Below, in pieces: positions 25,801-32,000 of a stretch of 32,000 nt of DNA. The position numbers were made by a program, and so were the translations under genes. Origin of the DNA: Gemmata obscuriglobus (lineage in GTDB: Bacteria; Planctomycetota; Planctomycetia; Gemmatales; Gemmataceae); contig NZ_CP042911.1 in assembly GCF_008065095.1 (NCBI RefSeq), forward strand, positions 2,070,001-2,102,000, given 5' to 3'. The notes below the pieces were generated by a model. The model ran no database searches, was not told the origin of the DNA, and saw only the letters and a list, made by a program, of their open reading frames with translations. How positions within the stretch are numbered: the stretch's first letter is position 1; every line of letters begins with the position of its first letter.

Positions 25801-27353
25801 AGCGGCTTTACCCGCTTCCACAACTCCGAGTCCTGACAGGCGCTGCGGAAGCGACCGGCGAGTTGGTCGTCCAGTTCAACAGTGAGCGCCTTCTTCAGTG
25901 CCGATTCCGACCGCCCCGTTTCGTCCTTGAGGAACGTGAGCAGTTCCTTCTCCCCTTTGGCGGCGAGCTTCTCCAGTTCGGCCAGGGCGAGTTCCGGCTC
26001 CTGATCCCGTGTCCCCGCCAGCCCCAGCATCGGCTCGGCGGCACGCCGGGCGGTGTGGTCGAGCAGACCTTCGTAAACGTGGCCGATCTGCTCGATGTCG
26101 AGCGACCGGAAACTGAGCGACCGGGCTTCGGTCGTCTTGCCGACCTTTGTTTGGAGCACCTGCAGCGCTTCGAGCAGGTGCAGCACCGTGCGGTTGCTCA
26201 CTGGCAGCGGCGTGGCTTCAGCGGTCTTCCACGTCGTGCCCGACTTGCGGCCTTCGAGGAAGGGGAAGCGGTCGGGGTTGAACAGACTGCCGCCGTAGGC
26301 GGGGAGTTTCAGCCGGTCGTGCTTCACGCCAGCGTACACCGCCCGGAAGGTGGTGAGCAACCGAATCCAGGCGTCGAACCGCAGGCCGAGGATTTCTTCG
26401 CCGTGCTCGTCCGCCGTGAGCCGCAGTTGTTCCCGCAGCGTACTGACGGCGTAGTTCTTGTCGTACAGTTCGTCGCCGAGCAGCAGCAGTTCCCGCTCCT
26501 CGGCGCAGAACAGGAACACCAACCGCATCATCACCGTGAGGGCCGACTCGTAGAGAGCCTTTTCGTCAACGTCGGCGAGAAGCTTCCGCCCGTGGTCCTG
26601 GTCGGCCTTGTCGAGCGCCTGGATCAGCACCTCGACCGCCTTGCGAACCTGATAGCCGAGTTGGTCCGTGACTTCTTGCTGGTCCTTCTGGCTCTGGTCG
26701 AGCAGGCCGTCCTTGAGGTCGAGCGTGTCCTTGTCCGGCACGCTGAAGAAGCGATCCGCCGAAAGCAGGGTGCGGAAGGCCCGCAGCGTGATCGGCTCCT
26801 CTAGCCAGAGGTCGGCCCGCCAGGTGGCGTAACCGGTCGGCTCGTTCTTCGGGGCGTTCACCAGCATCCAGTCGAGGCCGTTGGTGACGAAGCCGAGCCG
26901 GATGCCGGTGTCGTTCAGCAGTTGCGTCATCCGGGTGTCGGGCGATGTCTTCCACCGGGACGCCACAACGGGCTTCGTGAGCGACTGCGACCGGGGGTAC
27001 ACCTGCACCAACAGTCGGACCTTCTGTGTGGCCGGGTCTGTCACAATCCAGTCGGGGCGCAACGTCTCTCCGTACTGCGCCTCCTCGCTCTTGAGCGACT
27101 GCGGGATCGCTTGCCCCTCGGCGAGCCGTTCCTCGAAGCCCAGAGTCTCGCCCAGCACGAACCGGACCCACTGGCGGTGGAGGGTGGCGTCGTGGTCCCA
27201 CTCATCGAACGCCTGCCGCAGCCGCCGGGCGTGTTCGGGGTCGTGAGCGTCAACGCCTTGCGGGAACGCCTGCGCCAGCACCGGCAAACTCAAGAACGGT
27301 CCCGAGTTCGGGACGAGGCGCAGCCAGTCATTGTGGTGACGGGTGATGGACAC
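22842..27353 (-). CDS. drmMI: large N6-adenine DNA methyltransferase, Eco57I/PglX type, DISARM DrmMI-like (1503 aa)
   Basis: 'GTHYTPKTLTEPIV', AdoMet motif 'VCDIACGSGAFLVEA', 'IYGVDKNPLAVEIAKLSLWL' and catalytic 'ACIGNPPFMGG'. GTG start at 27353, 3 nt after the drmD stop. Confidence 0.88.
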   Translation of the reverse strand: MSITRHHNDWLRLVPNSGPFLSLPVLAQAFPQGVDAHDPEHARRLRQAFDEWDHDATLHRQWVRFVLGETLGFEERLAEGQAIPQSLKSEEAQYGETLRPDWIVTDPATQKVRLLVQVYPRSQSLTKPVVASRWKTSPDTRMTQLLNDTGIRLGFVTNGLDWMLVNAPKNEPTGYATWRADLWLEEPITLRAFRTLLSADRFFSVPDKDTLDLKDGLLDQSQKDQQEVTDQLGYQVRKAVEVLIQALDKADQDHGRKLLADVDEKALYESALTVMMRLVFLFCAEERELLLLGDELYDKNYAVSTLREQLRLTADEHGEEILGLRFDAWIRLLTTFRAVYAGVKHDRLKLPAYGGSLFNPDRFPFLEGRKSGTTWKTAEATPLPVSNRTVLHLLEALQVLQTKVGKTTEARSLSFRSLDIEQIGHVYEGLLDHTARRAAEPMLGLAGTRDQEPELALAELEKLAAKGEKELLTFLKDETGRSESALKKALTVELDDQLAGRFRSACQDSELWKRVKPLAGLVRLDTLGYPVVVTTGSVFVTAGTDRRSTGTHYTPKTLTEPIVQYTLEPLIYDGPSDGKPKEEWKLRSARDILGMKVCDIACGSGAFLVEACRYLAARLQEAWQELERQQPSQVRLTPEGLPSQGAVNEELIPADPDEREAYARRLVAQRCIYGVDKNPLAVEIAKLSLWLLTLAKDKPFEFLDHAIRHGDSLVGIHDLDQLRNLTLSGKREEGNLFLSSLDDAATQAIALRNKLENRHATSIEAINEQEAYFNESVALTKRLKLVADVLIGKAFDVGDGELISAAISFQQGKDHDLAVTACAANKGRTPFHWPLEFPEVFITKGGFDACIGNPPFMGGQKITGFLGTLYREYLVHHLAKGKRGSADLCAYFFLRAAQLVRPGAGFGLIASNTIAQGDTREVAFDLLLAANFIVNRAHSSRPWPGFASLEISIVWVRRGGWNGLYVLDEKPAEGITAYLTPPKTVTGNPYSLKANEGKSFQGSIVLGMGFVMTPEEAQALIAKDSRNRNVLFPYLNGEDLNSRPDQSPSRWVINFFDWPIEKAMDYPDCFRIVKEKVKPERDRLKDNTDGRRRKQFWWQYGRVQREIIEVMSGLDRVMASTRVTKYLCVSTLPTNCVFSVDLAVHCGVATAAYSVLSSSIFDLWSRETSSTLETRLRFSISDSFESFPFPPQIPALQVGESYELHRKDVMSTRREGLTKTYNRFHDSEETNDGIQKLRQLHVEMDCAVVAAYGWSDLALDHGFHETKQGIRYTISEPARREILARLLRLNHERYADEVKKGLHDTKKKPKAASKPKAKATEQKATTGATLFDPDDGTFPSTERDSYLCGLVCDLVKADSGLSELEYVDALVIALGYKRHKQLLTGKDRTEFEKLCQATPLASWSTADKIPWGELKNQLVRRKAIEQGGQTIQVGTAVSEARKSYLAAAPELVSLLRKAAAELRDLQTRFGPENTGTPNEIPPEKAEILKAIVNDRYQWYVVAA

Positions 27354-27356
27354 GGC

Positions 27357-30300
27357 TTACCCCTTCCTCATCTTTTCCGGGACGAGGAACGTCACCGCCA
27401 CGGGGAACATGCGGGGTTGCGGGTCGGCGTAGCGGGCTTGGACCGCCGCCGCCTCCCGCTCGATCTCGGCGGGGATCGCCTTCGACCTCGCTCGCAGGAA
27501 GTCCTTGTTCCGGTCGAACTGGTCTTGTTCGAGGAGGTCATCGAACAGGCCGGGCTGGTGGTTCGCTTGCTCTGCGAGTTCGGTGTCGATGGCCTTCTTG
27601 AGTTCGAGCATGATCGCCCGGATGTCCTCGGCCTCTTTTTCTCCCCGCTCACCGAGTTTCTTCTGGAGACCGGCGGTGCGGTCCCGCATCCGAACTTCAA
27701 GCGACTGGGAGAGTCCGGGGGCGAGTTTGTCCCACAGTTCGAGCAGGTGCCTTTGCATCGGTTCGTAAGGCTCGTCGCCGGTGACGGCAGCGAGCAACTT
27801 TTCGATGTCGCCGACGTTCAACCGGGAGAATCGCCCTTCCTTGATCTGCCCTCCCGCCGTGATGATCTCCTCGTGCAAGCGGTGGCTGTCGCCGCCGATG
27901 ACGACCAGGCGGGCGTGGGCGACGACGGCGGGCGTGTTGAGGACGTGGTTCGGCACGAGCCGGGCGGTGATACGGTGGAGCCGCTTGCGCCCCTTCACGG
28001 ACCAGACCTCCGCCCGCAGCAGCCGCAAGCTCATCTGCACGAGTCGGTGGTTGAGGTGGGCCAGCACGATGTCGTCCCGTCCGTCAGCGGCGGAATGGTC
28101 GAACGTGATCGGGCGGATTTCCTTCGTGTGGGGGTGCTCCAACCCCTCGGCGCACGCCGCCCAACTGTGCTTGAGCGCCGGGAGCGTGAAGACCGGCTTG
28201 CCGGACGAATGCGGTACCGGAATCAGGGCCGGTTGCTCGGCAAGGGCCAGCCCGACCTCGACCACCTTGCGGATGTTCTCCGGCGACAGCCGCAGTTCTC
28301 GCTGTGTCTCCCGGTACTGTTCGAGCAGGTCGTTGATTTGCTTCGCCAAGTCCCTCTCGAACTTGAGCATCTTCCGCACGGGTTCGGATTTGGCGTCGGC
28401 CCGGACTACACCCGGCATCGAATACCCCCGACCGAGCATCGCCTGTTCAACGTCATCGGCCAGCACCGTCCCGTAACTGCCGAGGTCTTCCCTGATCGTC
28501 TCGACCTTCTGCGCCACCCGCATCAGGAATTCCAAGTCGGCGTCGAGGTCCGCCGCCTTCGCTGCGAACGCCGAGTGCTGGCGCTTCTTGTACCCCTGCC
28601 CGACGAAGTGGTACACGAACACCTGGCGCTCGCCGCTGTCGGCGAGAAAACCCTTTTGCCCGTGACGGTCGATCCGCCCGTTGCGCTGTTCCAGCCGGTT
28701 GGGGTTCCACGGGATTTCGTAGTGGATCAGTCGGTAGCAGTGGTTCTGAAGGTTCAGCCCTTCAGCCGCCGCATCCGTGGCGAGCAGGAGCCGCACCGGG
28801 CTGATGTCCGGGGCCGACTGGAAGGCGGCTTTGACCTCCTCCCGCTCCTCCGAGTCCATGCCGCCGTACATCGTCATCAGCCGCTCGCCGCCCGTGAACC
28901 CCCGCTGGGCGAGGATTTCCAAGAGCCAGTTCTGGGTGGCCCGGTACTCGGTGAAGATGATGACCCGTTCGGCGCTCCACTTCTTGTTGGGACGAAGGTG
29001 GGTATTCAACCACTCGATCAGCCGGTTTACCTTCGAGTCGAGTTGGGCCGTCGCCGTTTCCGCCCAGGTCCGCATCTGCCGGAGCAGGGCCAGTTCTTCC
29101 GTGGACGGCTCGGTGAACAGCAGTGAAGCGGCGTCCAGGGCGTCGGTCATCGCCTCGTCGTACTCGCCGTCGTCGGCGTAGTCCTCGTCCGCCCGGTCGA
29201 GTTCTTGCTTCAGGACGTTGACGGACGACTTGCGGACGGCCTTGCCCCGCCTGGCTTGCCGGAGCGATTGCTCGTGCTGCTCAAGGGTCTTCAGAAACGC
29301 CGCCGGACTGGAGAAGAGGCGCTTCTTCAACGTCTTGAGAACGAACTCCGTCGCCAGCTTTTCGGTGCTGTCCTGGGCACGCTCGACCCGGAGATCGGCG
29401 TACCGCCGGAGGGCCGTGTGAACGGCTCGCTCGTCGTCGGTGTATGGCACTTCGATGGGGTCCAGCACCCGCTTCGGGAACCGGGGCGAGCCGTCCCACT
29501 TCGGCGGCAGTTCCGACTTCATGCGCCGGACCATGACGGCGTTGAGTTGCTTGCGGTCGGGCGGCGTGCTGCGGGCGAACCGCTGGTTGTCGAGCAGTTC
29601 GAGCAGCGCCGAAAAGCTCTCCGGGTAGCCGTTGTGCGGCGTGGCGGTGAGGAACAGCTTGTGTTCAAAGTGCGGCACGAGTTGCCGGAGCGCTTGCGTC
29701 CGCTGCGAGTCCGTGGCGTACCGCCCCACGCCGGACGGGGCGCAGTTGTGGGCCTCGTCCACGATGAGCAGGTCGAACCGGCGGGGGTAGATTGGATCGT
29801 CCGGCCCCGGCAGCAGTTCCCGGAACCGCCGCAGCGGGCGCTCCCGCTTGAGGAAGTCGATGCTGGTGATGAGTCGGGGGAAGTGGTTCCACGGGTTGAC
29901 GTGGATGCCCCGGCTGCGGCGCAGTTGCCCCACGAGCGCCGAGTTGACGATGCGGAAGTCGAGACCGAACTTGTCCCGCATCTGCTCTTGCCACTGCACC
30001 TGAAGCGGGGCCGGGCAGACGATCAGGATTTTCCGAGTCCGGTGGCGGATAATGAGTTCGAGCGCCACCATGCCCGCCTCAATGGTCTTGCCGAGGCCCA
30101 CGTCGTCGGCCACCAGCAGGTTAACCCGTGGCATCTGGATGGCCCGCACCACCGGGTCGAGTTGGTAGTCCTCGATGTCGATGCCACTACGGAACGGGGC
30201 CTGAATCGTGCGCACGTCCGCCGACGAGGAAGCGCCCCAACGGACGGCATCAAGGAAGGCGTCGAGTTGTTCGGGCGGATCGAACCCAGTGGGATCGGGC

Positions 30301-30539
30301 AGGGCGACCTTCTCGACCACCCTGGCCCCCGGCTCAAGTTCCCAAACGACGTTCAGTTCTTCGCCCAGGCCGTCGTCCTCGACCGACGACAGGGTAACGA
30401 GGTGCTGCGGCGAGTCCAACCCGGCGTGCAGTCGTTCGGACGGCAGGGTGCTGGCGGATACGTCCGTGACCATCCAGTTGCGGGACCGGACGCTGACCAT
30501 CTGGCCCTGTTCGGGGTGTCGAGAGGTTATGGGCGTCAT
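27357..30539 (-). CDS. drmD: SNF2-family helicase, DISARM DrmD-like (~1060 aa)
   Basis: 'DYQLDPV', motif I 'LLVADDVGLGKTIEAG', motif II 'LLIVDEAHNC', motif III 'LTATPHNG', motif V 'LLATDAAAEGLNLQ' and motif VI 'WNPNRLEQRNGRIDRHGQ'. I chose the ATG at 30539 (MTPITSRHPEQGQMVSVRSRNW...). The frame stays open to a TTG at 30635, so the 5' end is uncertain. Confidence 0.85.
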   Translation of the reverse strand: MTPITSRHPEQGQMVSVRSRNWMVTDVSASTLPSERLHAGLDSPQHLVTLSSVEDDGLGEELNVVWELEPGARVVEKVALPDPTGFDPPEQLDAFLDAVRWGASSSADVRTIQAPFRSGIDIEDYQLDPVVRAIQMPRVNLLVADDVGLGKTIEAGMVALELIIRHRTRKILIVCPAPLQVQWQEQMRDKFGLDFRIVNSALVGQLRRSRGIHVNPWNHFPRLITSIDFLKRERPLRRFRELLPGPDDPIYPRRFDLLIVDEAHNCAPSGVGRYATDSQRTQALRQLVPHFEHKLFLTATPHNGYPESFSALLELLDNQRFARSTPPDRKQLNAVMVRRMKSELPPKWDGSPRFPKRVLDPIEVPYTDDERAVHTALRRYADLRVERAQDSTEKLATEFVLKTLKKRLFSSPAAFLKTLEQHEQSLRQARRGKAVRKSSVNVLKQELDRADEDYADDGEYDEAMTDALDAASLLFTEPSTEELALLRQMRTWAETATAQLDSKVNRLIEWLNTHLRPNKKWSAERVIIFTEYRATQNWLLEILAQRGFTGGERLMTMYGGMDSEEREEVKAAFQSAPDISPVRLLLATDAAAEGLNLQNHCYRLIHYEIPWNPNRLEQRNGRIDRHGQKGFLADSGERQVFVYHFVGQGYKKRQHSAFAAKAADLDADLEFLMRVAQKVETIREDLGSYGTVLADDVEQAMLGRGYSMPGVVRADAKSEPVRKMLKFERDLAKQINDLLEQYRETQRELRLSPENIRKVVEVGLALAEQPALIPVPHSSGKPVFTLPALKHSWAACAEGLEHPHTKEIRPITFDHSAADGRDDIVLAHLNHRLVQMSLRLLRAEVWSVKGRKRLHRITARLVPNHVLNTPAVVAHARLVVIGGDSHRLHEEIITAGGQIKEGRFSRLNVGDIEKLLAAVTGDEPYEPMQRHLLELWDKLAPGLSQSLEVRMRDRTAGLQKKLGERGEKEAEDIRAIMLELKKAIDTELAEQANHQPGLFDDLLEQDQFDRNKDFLRARSKAIPAEIEREAAAVQARYADPQPRMFPVAVTFLVPEKMRKG

Positions 30540-30640
30540 CTCGGTCGTGCCTTCCGGTTCGGCGAAAGCGCCGGACTCCGCCGTGATCGGGCCGTTCCCC
30601 GCAGCAATCTTTAAAGTGCTGTTCGTGAAGCCCAAGTATC

Positions 30641-30883
30641 CTACGGTGACGAGGGACGCCTCGCCACCGGGAAAGTCGCCCTGTTGCGTCTGTCCTCACG
30701 GCTGAAGTACGCCCGCATCCCCTCGATCTGCCCCGGAGCGAACAGCGCCCGCCGCTTGAACACCACGCCCGGCCCCGGCAAGTACCCCGAATCGACGGCG
30801 TACCGCAACCGCCACACGGCCACCCCCAGCACCTCCGCCGCCCCTGCATATGTGTAGCACTCCCATTTGTTAACATTCGTCAT
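30641..30883 (-). CDS. small Xis/AlpA/MerR-like helix-turn-helix DNA-binding protein (80 aa) directly upstream of drmD
   Basis: ATG at 30883 with GAGGA upstream. 'YTYAGAAEVLGVAVWRLRYAVDSGYLPGP..FKRRALFAPGQIEGMRAYF' fits the HTH_17/excisionase-type pattern (..aA..Lgvs..tl.r....G.lp......r..f....i..w.). Confidence 0.65.
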   Translation of the reverse strand: MTNVNKWECYTYAGAAEVLGVAVWRLRYAVDSGYLPGPGVVFKRRALFAPGQIEGMRAYFSREDRRNRATFPVARRPSSP

Positions 30884-30940
30884 ATTTTCCTCAAAATATT
30901 CTCAACTTAACACATATATAGTGGCAAAAGGAGAATTCCG
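30884..30940. promoter_or_regulatory. AT-rich divergent promoter region between the HTH/DISARM operon and the OB-fold gene
   Basis: 'attttcctcaaaatattctcaacttaacacatatatagtggcaaaaggagaattccg' is the only AT-rich stretch near the operon head. It contains the AAGGAG RBS of the + strand gene. Confidence 0.45.
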
Positions 30941-31303
30941 ATGAACTGGTCAGATCATTTCCGTGAGTTGAAGCGTCAGCAGCCCCCCGCCGCCGCACCG
31001 AGGTCGGGGCCGACAAGTGTGCAGTCACTCAGCGACATCCCGCCCGAGGCCACGCCGTTGCAGGTGTTCCGCCTGCCCGTCGAAGTCCTCCGGGTGGACG
31101 AGCGAGTAACGAGGACCGGCGACCCGTGCTACTTCCTGCACGTCCGAGACGCCGACGGACAGAGATTCCCGATTGTCTGCTGGGACTGGCAATGGGCCAA
31201 ACTGAGCGGCAGAATCACGGTTGGTCGAGAAGTGACGCTGGACGTGAAAGTGCCGACAGGCGACTACTTGTCGTTTACGCTGGCCGGAACAGGCGCTTGC
31301 TGA
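30941..31303 (+). CDS. small protein (120 aa), probable OB-fold nucleic-acid-binding domain
   Basis: ATG with AAGGAG 7 nt upstream. The C-terminal 80 aa show an alternating beta-strand pattern 'LQVFRLPVEVLRVDERVTRTGDPCYFLHVRDADGQRFPIVCWDWQWAKLSGRITVGREVTLDVKV', typical of tRNA_anti-like OB folds. The fold call is tentative. Confidence 0.7.
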   Translation: MNWSDHFRELKRQQPPAAAPRSGPTSVQSLSDIPPEATPLQVFRLPVEVLRVDERVTRTGDPCYFLHVRDADGQRFPIVCWDWQWAKLSGRITVGREVTLDVKVPTGDYLSFTLAGTGAC

Positions 31304-31313
31304 AAGTCATGCT

Positions 31314-31341
31314 GCCGAATTTCCGAAAACCGGAATTTGGC
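31314..31341 (+). terminator. imperfect 12-bp hairpin just after the OB-fold gene (terminator-like, no clear U-tract)
   Basis: gccgaatttccg-aaaa-ccggaatttggc: 11 of 12 positions pair (2 are G-U), starting 11 nt after the stop. Confidence 0.3.
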
Positions 31342-31594
31342 GAACGGGCACTCGATGGGAGCGGCGGGGTCGAAGAGGTGTGCAGAGGTGCGCAGCCCGC
31401 AGAATTAGACTGAAGCGTCCGAAGATCGGCGTCGTTGCGTACCGAACGGTAGAGCAGAGTCGGGCGAAGCAGGTGGCCTGGCAAAACATTAACGTCAATC
31501 AAATTCATTTGTCGATTATGCCCAAGCGATAAATTATTATATCGCCTACACAATTGACTGAGCATTGAGAAGGGATTCAGTAAATAAGATTCTC

Positions 31595-31626
31595 TTGAAA
31601 GATGAGTGATGAATATATAATATAAT
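31595..31626 (+). promoter_or_regulatory. sigma70-like promoter candidate in an AT-rich block
   Basis: TTGAAA (31595-31600), a 17-nt spacer, then TAATAT (31618-31623). Overlapping TATAAT hexamers at 31616 and 31621. It points into the ORF-poor structured region. Confidence 0.3.
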
Positions 31627-31629
31627 CTA

Positions 31630-32000
31630 ATTAAATAGCCCCTGAATGGCAAGCGAGTCGTGTGCTGTGTGCGACGTTAGCGGCTCTTGCGGGAGAAGCA
31701 AAACACGGTGAAGCCTACTACTGAAGGGCGTGCGAAATGGCTCAGTGCGGATACCGTGTGAACGTGCGACGAACAGACACGGGTTAAAGAATATGGCGAA
31801 CTGCCAAAGGTAAGCTCACTTGCGTGGAACTCAATAGCAAGGACGCCCCTATCCGCCGTGTTGTCGGGGTGAGACGCTACGAACACGTAAATCAACCAGT
31901 GGCGAACAATACGCTCCCGTGCTTCGGCACGGGGTCAATACGCCTTCACTCTGGACAGTTCGAGACGAGCGCAACAAGAGTTACCGGCACCTGCGGTGAA
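31630..32000 (+). ncRNA. structured non-coding RNA candidate running off the window (group II intron 5' domain, RT-associated ncRNA or long leader)
   Basis: No credible ORF on either strand. GTGCG at 31669 (the group II 5' consensus is GUGYG). Hairpin CCCGUGC-UUCG-GCACGGG at 31916-31933. Stem ccgtgt/acacgg at 31754-31782. Purine-rich loop-like motifs are present (ggtgaag, gcgaaatgg, uauggcgaacugccaaagguaag). GC content is lower than in neighbouring CDSs. Confidence 0.35.

Noticed and set aside
781-31640. The AT-rich blocks at ~780-900 and ~31490-31650 as matching att/direct-repeat boundaries of a single 31-kb island.
   Set aside because: The only shared string I can find is an 8-9-mer (taatataa), which is not significant between two AT-rich stretches. 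No longer direct or inverted repeat is visible by eye.
31677-31895. 72-aa minus-strand ORF and the 125-aa ORF at 31275-31652 at the right end.
   Set aside because: Both have atypical composition, no RBS and poor codon bias. They lie in AT-rich or structured-RNA-like sequence.

Overview
This is a GC-rich bacterial window with strong GC3 codon bias. The repeat style of the LRR protein would fit a Planctomycetota-like genome, but that is inference only. I could not run any searches, so every functional call rests on motifs read directly from the translations. The window falls into three blocks. (1) Positions ~1-12500 look like a mobile-element or prophage module. It holds many short, tightly packed hypothetical genes and an orphan Dam-type N6-adenine methyltransferase. 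The Dam gene is followed by a truncated C5-cytosine methyltransferase fragment and an AT-rich junction. The block also has a small protein with a recombinase-type HTH and two distant paralogs with a transglutaminase-like Cys-His-Asp signature. It further carries a minimal family-A / T7-RNAP-like polymerase next to an AT-rich region, an XRE regulator / Zn-ribbon / PAPS-reductase-like operon, and a 39-bp leader duplicated in front of two unrelated genes. No integrase is visible. (2) Positions 12700-13788 encode a secreted leucine-rich-repeat protein. (3) Positions 14422-30883 are one long minus-strand operon with the full class-1 DISARM gene set: SNF2 helicase drmD, Eco57I/PglX-type adenine methyltransferase drmMI, helicase drmA, DUF1998 protein drmB and PLD nuclease drmC. 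An additional ~671-aa coiled-coil ABC/SMC-type ATPase sits between drmMI and drmA and is translationally coupled to drmMI through an ATGA overlap. The operon is preceded by a small Xis/MerR-like HTH gene and a divergent OB-fold gene. It is followed by a GNRA hairpin and a small unknown gene. The window ends in an AT-rich promoter-like stretch followed by >330 nt of ORF-poor, hairpin-rich sequence starting with GTGCG. This could be the 5' end of a group II intron or an RT-associated ncRNA. The best candidate for something undescribed is the DISARM variant with the embedded ATPase and its flanking small genes. The second is the minimal polymerase together with the repeated leader motif.
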